Positions 9,362 through 17,605 of a stretch of DNA of 32,000 bases are shown piece by piece. The DNA comes from a cyanobacterium endosymbiont of Epithemia turgida isolate EtSB Lake Yunoko (GTDB lineage Bacteria > Cyanobacteriota > Cyanobacteriia > Cyanobacteriales > Microcystaceae), in NCBI RefSeq assembly GCF_000829235.1, contig NZ_AP012549.1, positions 2,640,001 to 2,672,000 on the forward strand, read 5' to 3'. The translations under genes were made by a program, and so were the position numbers. Under the pieces are notes generated by a model. The model did not search any database. It had not been told where the DNA came from and saw only the letters and a list, made by a program, of their open reading frames with translations. Numbering within the stretch: the first letter of the stretch is position 1; each line of letters starts with the position of its first letter.

Positions 9362-9642
9362 CACGATAAACTAAACTAATTTTAATATCTTCTGAGATGT
9401 AGCTGGCTTCAAATTTAGGGACGAGACATGGGTAAGTATTTGGATCGATCACCACATAACTTTGTTTAGCAATCTGTTCAGTTACCCCTCAAAAACATGG
9501 GCATCAACTCTGAAAGTTTCTTGAACTACAAGAATACCAGGACAGACACCTTTTATATTCGCATAGCTAGATAAACATCAATAATAGCTAATTCTACATT
9601 GTATGCTTGAGTATATTGAGTTTTAATGTCTGATGTCGCCAT
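9362..9642 (-). pseudogene. Possible decayed small ORF of unknown family
   Basis: ATG at 9642 gives MATSDIKTQYTQAYNVELAIIDVYLAMRI*. The other two frames continue with KGVCPGILVVQETFRVDAHVFEG and VTEQIAKQSYVVIDPNTYPCLVPKFEASYISEDIKISLVYRD. This looks like protein sequence split over three frames. I cannot assign a family. Confidence 0.3.
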
Positions 9643-9718
9643 AATTTAGAGACTAGAAATAAATCCTAAGATAATTTTAGAGCCTAAGACTATTTTAGGG
9701 AGAGTTAAGTCGCAAAAA

Positions 9719-10465
9719 TTAATTATCTTGCAAAAACTTAAGATAAGATTCACAAAGTTCCTCAACCGCTAAATTATATAATTGCTGACCATGTTTTGGG
9801 GTAGCTAACGTAGGATTTGAGCCTATTCTGCCATCAGGATAATGACGACGAAAATCCACCGCTCCATAGATTGAATAACCAGATGCTACTTTTTCAGATA
9901 AAGGGACATTTTTAATAGACTCAGGATAGATATATTGAGTAATAGCTACTTCTGAGGGGGTAGCATGAGATCCTTCTTGATCACCGTACAATTTTTTCGC
10001 TTTTTCGGATACAGAACGACACATAAACCAATTTTTTACCTGACAACGAACTTGATCCGCTTGAGGAAGATTAAGATGAGCTAAGTAATTATAGAACTGT
10101 GAAAAAGCTACTTTAAGGGAGGCAATATTACCGCCATGCCCATTAATAAAGAAAAATTTGGAAAATCCCACCTTAGTTAAACAGGTTAAATAATCCTCAA
10201 TTACTTGAATTAAGGTTGTAGGACGCAAACTAATAGTTCCAGGGAAAGCCGTATGATGCAATGCCATACCTACATTAATGGTGGGGGCTACCATCGCTTG
10301 CATTTTTTCGCCAACTCCTTTAGCGATCACCTCCGCACAAATCGAATCAGTTCCTATTAACCCTGTCGGTCCATGTTGTTCCGTCGAACCGATGGGAATA
10401 ATCAGTCCTTGAGAGGTTTTTATATAATCTTCAACTTCCGTCCAAGTGCTTAAGTTTAGCAGCAT
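9719..10465 (-). CDS. Creatininase-family amidohydrolase (creatinine amidohydrolase/FAPy synthase family)
   Basis: 248-aa ORF with IIPIGSTEQHGPTGLIGTD, INGHGGN and EGSHAT, matching creatininase-family metal-binding motifs. Confidence 0.8.
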   Translation of the reverse strand: MLLNLSTWTEVEDYIKTSQGLIIPIGSTEQHGPTGLIGTDSICAEVIAKGVGEKMQAMVAPTINVGMALHHTAFPGTISLRPTTLIQVIEDYLTCLTKVGFSKFFFINGHGGNIASLKVAFSQFYNYLAHLNLPQADQVRCQVKNWFMCRSVSEKAKKLYGDQEGSHATPSEVAITQYIYPESIKNVPLSEKVASGYSIYGAVDFRRHYPDGRIGSNPTLATPKHGQQLYNLAVEELCESYLKFLQDN

Positions 10466-10575
10466 AAAACATTTAAATGTCTAAGGAGACTATGAAATAA
10501 AAGGAAAAAAAACTATACTCAACGGCTAACTTTGTTGTATATCTTAACCTAGAGTCAACGTTAAAAGTATTTTTC

Positions 10576-11328
10576 ATGCTATCTCTAGACTTACCTCAAG
10601 CTTTATCCTCCCCAAAAAACGTCAACCATCATCGAATTTTGGTGGTCGAAGACGAAGATGTGATCCGAGATATGATTATTATTTCCTTAGAAGAAGAAGG
10701 TTATGAGGTGATAAGCGCTCCCGATGGACGTACTGCATTAAATTTCTTTCAAGATAATGTCTCTTCAGACACTAGACCGGAGTTTCACTTGGTGGTTTTA
10801 GATTTAATGCTACCTCAGATTAACGGTTTAGATATCTGTCGCCTCCTGAGACACAATGGGAACATTGTCCCTATTTTAATTCTTAGTGCCAAAGCCAGTG
10901 AAGCTGATCGGGTTTTAGGTCTGGAAGTTGGAGCAGATGATTATCTAACCAAACCTTTCAGCATAAGGGAATTAGTAGCTCGTTGTCGTGCCTTGATCCG
11001 TCGTCAAGGGTTTAGTAATGTGTCATCAGTTTCCGTCCGTAAGTTCCGCGATGTTACCCTATATCCCAACGAATGTCGGGTAGAGGTTCGGGGTGAGGAG
11101 GCGAACCTTTCTCCCAAGGAATATCGCTTATTAGATTTGTTCATGAGCTACCCTCGTCGGGTTTGGTCTCGCGAACAATTGATCGAGCAGATATGGGGAT
11201 CTGATTTCTTAGGAGATACGAAAACTGTTGATGTTCATATCCGTTGGTTGAGGGAAAAGCTAGAGCATGATCCAAGTCAACCAGAATATTTAATTACGGT
11301 AAGGGGATTTGGCTATCGCTTTGGTTAA
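10576..11328 (+). CDS. OmpR/PhoB-family response regulator (receiver plus winged-helix); SphR/PhoB-like
   Basis: ILVVEDE...VVLDLMLP..ILILSAK...GADDYLTKPFSIRELVARCRALIRR, then VDVHIRWLREKLE...ITVRGFGYRF. Adjacent to a PhoR/SphS-like kinase. Confidence 0.85.
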   Translation: MLSLDLPQALSSPKNVNHHRILVVEDEDVIRDMIIISLEEEGYEVISAPDGRTALNFFQDNVSSDTRPEFHLVVLDLMLPQINGLDICRLLRHNGNIVPILILSAKASEADRVLGLEVGADDYLTKPFSIRELVARCRALIRRQGFSNVSSVSVRKFRDVTLYPNECRVEVRGEEANLSPKEYRLLDLFMSYPRRVWSREQLIEQIWGSDFLGDTKTVDVHIRWLREKLEHDPSQPEYLITVRGFGYRFG

Positions 11329-11423
11329 TTACATTAAGTAATTGATCAAGATGGAGTCAAGCAATAGTCAACAGATGATTAAAGTTCAACAGACGACTTA
11401 CAGTAGAGTAGGCTATCAGTTCA

Positions 11424-12683
11424 TTGATTTTCTTTATTCTGGGTTTCTTATTAGGAATGGTCATTTGGGGGTGTAGTTATTACCGCTTTAAATACCAATT
11501 GCAGAAAATATTGACTGCTTCGCCCGATACAGAAGATCTAGTTAAGTCTTTATCTGCAACGTCCCTAGTGCGACGGGAAATTCTTTATCTTCAAGAAACG
11601 TCTCAACAGCAAGCTATAGAACTACAACGACAACAATATATCCTGGAGTTGGCCCCAATTGGTTATCTACATATTGATCGGGATAATCAATTGCTGTGGT
11701 GTAATCAACAAGCGCGACAATTGCTCCATATTGATCGTTGGCAACCTGGACAAGTGCGTCTTTTTCTCGAGTTAGTTCGTTCCTATGAACTCGATCAACT
11801 AATTGAAAAAACACGTAATACTCAAGTTACTCAAGTAGAAGAGTGGGTGTTTTATCAAACACCTTATGTTAATCAAATGCTTGTAAATAATGGAGCTATT
11901 ACCCTCAAAGGGACAAGCTATCCCCTCCAGGATAAAGCTGTGGCAGTGTTCTTGGAAAATCAACAACCATTAGCAGAACTGTCGCAATCGCGTAATCGCG
12001 CCTTTTCGGATCTTACCCATGAACTACGAACTCCTTTAACCTCTATTTTTTTAGTGGCTGAAACGTTACAGACTCACCTAAAAAACCCTGAACGTCGTTG
12101 GGTTGAACAACTATTGAAGGAAACCGCTCGCTTAATTCATCTAGTCGAAGATTGGCTTGATCTGAGTGAAATCGAAAATAATCTTCATAAAAATCTCGCC
12201 TATGAACACCTAGAGCTAGATGAATTAATTTTGTCAGCGTGGCAAACTTTAGATCCCCTAGCGCAAAAAACACAAGTCACTCTCGAATGTCATGGTAGCT
12301 CGGCAATTCGGTTTTCGGGTGATCGCTCTCGTTTATACCAAGCATTTCTTAATCTGCTAGACAATAGTTTCAAACATAGTCCTTCTGGATCTACCATTCA
12401 AGTTAATCTTAAATTATGCGAAATTAATCAAGCGATCGAAGTTGATATTATTGATTGCGGTTCTGGTTTTTCAGAGGCGGATTTACCTTACGTTTTTAAT
12501 CGTTTATATCGGGGAGATCCTTCACGAGTACGTGCTGGAATCGATCCCCAATCTCCTCGTGAAGGAAGTGGTTTAGGTCTAGCGATTGCCCAAGAAATTG
12601 TTCATGCTCATGGTGGCTCGATTACTGCCAAAAATCATCCTAATACCCACGGAGCTTGGGTCAAAGTGGTATTCCCGATTTGA
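11424..12683 (+). CDS. Sensor histidine kinase (N-terminal TM anchor, PAS-like region, HisKA, HATPase_c); SphS/PhoR-like
   Basis: H-box FSDLTHELRTPLTSI, N-box LLDNSFKHSP, G-boxes DCGSGF and GSGLGLAIA. The only start candidate that keeps the TM helix is TTG at 11424 (frame opens at 11412); the first ATG is at 11457. Confidence 0.8.
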   Translation: MIFFILGFLLGMVIWGCSYYRFKYQLQKILTASPDTEDLVKSLSATSLVRREILYLQETSQQQAIELQRQQYILELAPIGYLHIDRDNQLLWCNQQARQLLHIDRWQPGQVRLFLELVRSYELDQLIEKTRNTQVTQVEEWVFYQTPYVNQMLVNNGAITLKGTSYPLQDKAVAVFLENQQPLAELSQSRNRAFSDLTHELRTPLTSIFLVAETLQTHLKNPERRWVEQLLKETARLIHLVEDWLDLSEIENNLHKNLAYEHLELDELILSAWQTLDPLAQKTQVTLECHGSSAIRFSGDRSRLYQAFLNLLDNSFKHSPSGSTIQVNLKLCEINQAIEVDIIDCGSGFSEADLPYVFNRLYRGDPSRVRAGIDPQSPREGSGLGLAIAQEIVHAHGGSITAKNHPNTHGAWVKVVFPI

Positions 12684-12961
12684 ACGACCCAATTCTATAG
12701 GGAGAGCCTAAAATATTTGTTCATTATTATAAATTGGTAATTTAGACTGAGAGGTAGGGAAATAATTGACAGTTTTTATATGATTTAGACTAGATCCAGT
12801 TTAAATGGACAACAGCCTAGCACTGAGATCTTGTAAAGAGTAGAATAAAACCAGATAGCTAGATTATGCATAGTCAAATTCAAGGAGGTAATCGTCAAAT
12901 TTTACGACTCTTACCTCTTACCTATTACTTCTTGTCTTTCTTCTTTAAATAATCTTAAAAG

Positions 12962-12986
12962 ATGAGGTTAGCTAAGCTAACCTCAT
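12962..12986. terminator. 11-bp perfect hairpin (atgaggttagc-taa-gctaacctcat); terminator-like on the - strand (followed by TTTT), no obvious gene to terminate
   Basis: All 11 pairs verified. It lies 279 nt after the kinase stop. On the - strand it is followed immediately by ttttaag. Confidence 0.35.
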
Positions 12987-13076
12987 AAGTTATGAGAGAG
13001 ATTTTTAAGATAATCGCGAATAACTTGATTCAACATTAATAATAAAGAATGAATGGAATAGTGAAAAAGACAAATA

Positions 13077-14069
13077 ATGAATATCAATAGAGCGTTCAAA
13101 GTGGGAGTCTTAGGATTTTGGGGATTAGGACAAGCGGCTGCCCGAATTCTTACTCCTAAATAAGAGATGACCTGAGTAGCAGCCGCCAATCTTAAAGGTT
13201 ATGGTTATTGTGAGAAAGAATTAGAGCCTGCTCAAGTAATCTTCAACTATCCTGAAAAAAGATCGATTGGCTATTGTAAGCCCTATGGAACCTTCAGTAA
13301 CACAAGCATTCAGGACTTACTTGAAACTAAGACGGTTAATGGCTATTTCTTAGCTTTACCTAACTTTTCTAATACCTTTATAGCGGATGTGACTAGGTAA
13401 TTGATCGCGTCAGGATGGCAAGGAGTATTAGTAGATGCTCTCAAGTGTACCAGTGCAGTAGAACAATTACTTAAATTACAATACGAATTAGCTGAAGGAG
13501 GAATCACTGACTTAACCGGATGTGGGGCAATTTCTGGTTTACTCACCGCCGCCGCAACCATAGCAACCCAAAGCTACGCCGAGGTTAACCGTGTTCAAAT
13601 CTCCTTTGGAGTCGGTATTGCTAGATGGGAAGCTTATAGGGCGACGATTCATGAATATACCGCTCATTTGCCAGGGGTTGACGTGAAAAAAGCCAAGGGG
13701 ATGAGCGATGCCGAGGTAGAAGCATTTTTAGACAAACCTAATGGTATTCTAACCTTAGAAAATATGGAACACGCCGATGATCTTATGCTGTAACTGGTGG
13801 GAGTCTGCGATCGTGATTGGGTAACAGTTGGGGGTGTAGTTGATACTCGTAACTCCAGAAAACCTTTAAGTAATAATGTTCAAATAACTGGGCGTAGTTT
13901 TGATGGCAAAATCTCTACCCCTACTTTGGCTATAGGAGACGAAACCAGTATGGCAGCTAACGTTTGCGTATCTGCTTTTAGCTATCTTAAAGCAAGTATG
14001 GCGTTACATCGTCGGGAAATTTATGGACTATTTACCACTGCAGAAACAATACCTAAGTTTGTGAGATAA
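13077..14069 (+). pseudogene. Saccharopine-dehydrogenase-like NAD(P)-binding oxidoreductase pseudogene, interrupted by four in-frame stop codons with no frameshift
   Basis: One frame from the ATG at 13077 to the TAA at 14067-14069 reads MNINRAFKVGVLGFWGLGQAAARILTPK*EMT*VAAANLKGYGYCEKE...[44 protein letters not shown]...[51 protein letters not shown]...[10 protein letters not shown]. The stops are TAA 13161, TGA 13173, TAA 13398 and TAA 13791. It is collinear with the remembered cyanobacterial family annotated as saccharopine dehydrogenase-like. Confidence 0.8.
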
Positions 14070-14109
14070 AACACTTTTATCAAACAACAGACGATTTCCT
14101 GTTAGTATT

Positions 14110-14695
14110 TATATTTACTTTCTTATAATGTGGATTGTGGGTGGGCTTAAATAAGTCTAAAATAGATTCAACAGTAGGGATTTAGGAACCAATTCTTCTC
14201 TGTCCATCTGGTTTAATCTCCTTTGTCCAGGAGAATAGGAAAGGCAGTCATTTGGTTACTTTCGAAGATCCTTTGCTTGATTATTAGTATATGTTAGTTT
14301 TTAAATTAAGTGAAAAGATTTGGCGTATTCAGTGGCGGTTTGGAGGACTCGATAAAAGACGACAAAGATGAGGTAAAAGTGGTATTTGGAGAGATATACA
14401 TCAGTTACGGTACTTAGAGATACTAGTAAGATATTAAAGTTTCTAATTTAGCGAAAAGTGTACCTTGTACTCAATACAAACTATATTTTCGGGGAATATT
14501 ATTATTTGTCTGTACAGCAAGAAGAACGGCAGAGAGCTGCGTCACTAGTTAGCTACTGTTCAAATCTTTGAGAGGAGTAATTTAGATCACAAAATACTTC
14601 GGTAGGATCGAGATTAGATTTCATATCCATAGCGCCAGATATCAGTAAATATGGCTTCTAGCATGGAGCTGCTGTTCTCCTTTCCTCCCTTTTCG
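14110..14695 (-). mobile_element. Decayed IS copy A (DDE transposase relic, IS982/IS4-like; family assignment tentative)
   Basis: The - strand reads MKSNLDPTEVFCDLNYSSQRFEQ* (ATG at 14624), then SKYRN*..HL..PPNRH*I, and near 14110-14170 RRIGS*IPTVESILDLFKPTHNPH (compare RxxIETVNDQLKNxxQIEHSRH). The roughly 110-nt 5' region aligns with copy B, including an identical 17-mer (14580-14596 versus 28766-28782). Confidence 0.6.
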
Positions 14696-14719
14696 TAAAA
14701 CATGAATTTGACGAAAAGT

Positions 14720-15917
14720 GGTGGTCTTGATTATTGAGGGTTATTCTTTTATATAATCGTCAACATTGTCATATTTCGACTTATATATTAAGAATAATAG
14801 CAGTGTTTTTAACAATCGTCATACTTAAGAATTCAGTTATTACTAGTTAGTCACACCCAGTTTAAAAAATCCTTGATTGATAATCTTAAAATCATTGATA
14901 ATAAGTTAAATTTGACAGGCAAAAATTAACTTCCTTTCTGTCCTTTAGTTCATGGTAATGATGGTGTTACCTTTGTTGGTGATAAAAGATTATTACTAGA
15001 GTAGCCATAAATTATTTAAAAAAATTTATAGCTACTCTAGATTATTTATCGTATATCTACACATTAAATATTTTTTTTGATAGATAAACACAAACTATGT
15101 CATCAACAAACAATACAAAAAATACAATAATTAAATTTAATTATTTAATAAATTAACTATATAGTCTATTACTTAACCATATTATTTAAGTAATTAATAT
15201 CGACAGCTCAAAAAGAGATAATTGCTATCTTGTTAGTCTAAATATAATCTGGATGTAACTGAAAAATATTACTATCATCACTAAAAGATTTCATGAAAAA
15301 CACTGCTATTATATTAACGTATAACCTTTATTTATTAATAGCTATTTTTTATGAATAAAATATATGCTAAAAATAATATAAAAAATATTTTTATTTATCT
15401 CAAAAGTTAATATCGTAAATATTATTATAAGTAATATAAGAAAATATCATATACCAACAGGTTATCAAAAAAAAGTATATTAATTATTAAAATATCTCAG
15501 AAGATAAACAATTAACATTTTATAAAATTACTATTATTAAATAAGTAAAATAATTATGCGGTAGTCTTATTCTATTTAATAGATATAATAAGCGAAAATC
15601 TATAGTTTTATTTTAAGTAAAATCAAGAGACAGTAAAATAAGTTTATGTTTTTAAATTTATTTTTTAAAAATATTTTTTACAAGCTAAATATTGGTAAGT
15701 ATAATTAATATTATGATATAGATCTATAAAAACATTTACTATAAAAAAATAAAGACAATAATAAAATAAATAAACGTAGCAAAAAATAAATCAAAACTCG
15801 ACTTTTAAAAAGTAAATATTATTAATTTATATATAAAATACTTCCTCAAACTGTTCTCAAAGAGAACTTAAGAAGCTAATCTGAAAAAGAGTCAATATTT
15901 GTTGAAGGTTTTTCACT
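14720..15917. other. About 1.2 kb ORF-free, extremely AT-rich block (desert 2) directly upstream of the phosphohexomutase gene
   Basis: No ORF of 60 aa or more. A hand count of line 15361-15420 gives 7 G/C in 60 nt. Confidence 0.8.
14996..15040. repeat. 17-bp stem hairpin (16/17 pairs) at the edge of desert 2
   Basis: ctagagtagccataaat ... atttatagctactctag, with one C/A mismatch, checked pair by pair. Confidence 0.75.
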
Positions 15918-17360
15918 ATGCTATTTCCTGTTAATCCGATTAAATTTGGCACCGATGGCTGGCGTGGTGTTATTGCTGCCGAGTTTACTTTTGAACGAGT
16001 CGCTTTGTTAGCCCCCCTCGCAGCTAAAATCTTAGCTGATAATTATGGAACCCCTGATAGAACACGCCAAGTGGTTGTGGGATATGATCGTCGATTTTTA
16101 GCCGAAGAGTTTGCTCAAGTTGCCGCTGAAGCGATACAAGAAGCGGGATTTGATGTGATATTATCCCAATCTTATGCCCCTACTCCCGCCTTTAGTTGGG
16201 CAGCCAAACAACAAAATGCCTTAGGTGCTATTGTCTTAACCGCAAGTCACAACCCCGCTAAATATCTAGGACTAAAAGTAAAAGGAGCGTTTGGTGGCTC
16301 AGTTTCTCGGGAAATAACCCAACAAATTGAAACTTTACTGCTTAATACTCCTATTTTTAATTCTCAATCAGGAACCTTAACTTATTTTGATCCTTGGGAA
16401 AGTTACTGTTATGAGTTACAACAAAAAGTTAATATCAAAACAATTCGTGAGGCTATTTTATCGGGCAAATTAAAGGTGTTTGTTGATGTGATGCACGGGG
16501 CTGCTGCAACAGGCTTAAAACGATTATTAAGCTGTGCTATTGAAGAGATTAACGGTGATCGCGATACCTTATTTGAAGGAGGTGCGCCTGAACCTTTACC
16601 TCGTTATTTGTCAAAGTTATTTAATGCTATCAAAACCTCAGCCTGTCAGGGAGACAATAGATTAAAAGTTGGTTTAGTTTTTGATGGAGATGGTGATCGC
16701 ATTGCTGCAGTAGATGGACAAGGAAATTTTCTAAGTTCTCAAGTTTTAATTCCTATTTTGATTGATCATTTGTCCAAACGTAAGGGCTTTACAGGGGAAA
16801 TTATTAAAACTGTAAGTGGTTCGGATTTAACTTCTCGTCTAGCAAAAATTTATAATCTTTCATTTTATGAAACTCCTATTGGTTATAAATATATTGCGGA
16901 TCGGATGTTAACTACTAATACCTTGATTGGTGGAGAAGAATCTGGGGGAATTGGTTATGGAACTCACATTCCTGAACGAGATGCTTTATTATCAGCTTTA
17001 TATGTCTTAGAAGCTATGGTAGAAAGTAGCCAAGATTTAGGTCAATATTACGCTTATTTACAAGATAAAACCGGTTTTTATAATGTTTATGAGCGTCTTG
17101 ATTTACCTTTAGCTAATATAGAAATTCGGGCAAAACTAATAGAAAAATTGCAACAAGAACCATTGACCCAAATTGCTGGACAAAAAGTATTAAATTGTTC
17201 GAGAAAAGATGGTTATAAACATCGCTTAGCTGATGGAAGTTGGTTATTGATTCGCTTTAGTGGGACTGAACCAGTATTACGGTTATATTGTGAATCAATA
17301 ACCAATAAACAAGTTCATCAAATTTTAAATTGGGTAAAAGATTGGGCAAATTCAGTTTAA
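15918..17360 (+). CDS. Alpha-D-phosphohexomutase family protein (phosphoglucomutase/phosphomannomutase)
   Basis: 480-aa ORF with FGTDGWRG, the catalytic-serine loop TASHNPAKYLGLKV, the metal loop FDGDGDR, the sugar loop GEESGG, and the phosphate loop RFSGTEP. Confidence 0.85.
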   Translation: MLFPVNPIKFGTDGWRGVIAAEFTFERVALLAPLAAKILADNYGTPDRTRQVVVGYDRRFLAEEFAQVAAEAIQEAGFDVILSQSYAPTPAFSWAAKQQNALGAIVLTASHNPAKYLGLKVKGAFGGSVSREITQQIETLLLNTPIFNSQSGTLTYFDPWESYCYELQQKVNIKTIREAILSGKLKVFVDVMHGAAATGLKRLLSCAIEEINGDRDTLFEGGAPEPLPRYLSKLFNAIKTSACQGDNRLKVGLVFDGDGDRIAAVDGQGNFLSSQVLIPILIDHLSKRKGFTGEIIKTVSGSDLTSRLAKIYNLSFYETPIGYKYIADRMLTTNTLIGGEESGGIGYGTHIPERDALLSALYVLEAMVESSQDLGQYYAYLQDKTGFYNVYERLDLPLANIEIRAKLIEKLQQEPLTQIAGQKVLNCSRKDGYKHRLADGSWLLIRFSGTEPVLRLYCESITNKQVHQILNWVKDWANSV

Positions 17361-17581
17361 CTTAACGTTAGTTTTGATTAAGATTACTTTTTAACTTATT
17401 TTACGGAAAAATTAAGTATAAATATAATGATATAATTATACAGTTAGTCTGACTAAAATTTAGAGTAGACAAAATTCTATTCCCATAGACTATTGTAGAG
17501 AATATATCTCTAGAATCTCAAGTAATTTAATTGATAAACAACTCATCTCAGGAGATTCTGCCTCTTTATTATGTTAAGCTG

Positions 17582-17598
17582 GGTGGGTGTTTCCCACC
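17582..17598. terminator. Short GC-rich hairpin between convergent genes (phosphohexomutase and carB), candidate bidirectional terminator
   Basis: ggtggg-tgttt-cccacc, 8 nt downstream of the carB stop (read on the - strand). There is no clean U-tract. Confidence 0.4.
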
Positions 17599-17605
17599 TG
17601 ATGAT

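Noticed and set aside
14129-14136. DnaA-box-like tgtggatt (also tgtggatta at 24706-24714 and tgtggatac at 21734-21742); considered whether an AT-rich block is oriC
   Set aside because: These are isolated single near-matches with no cluster of boxes and no dnaA/dnaN nearby.
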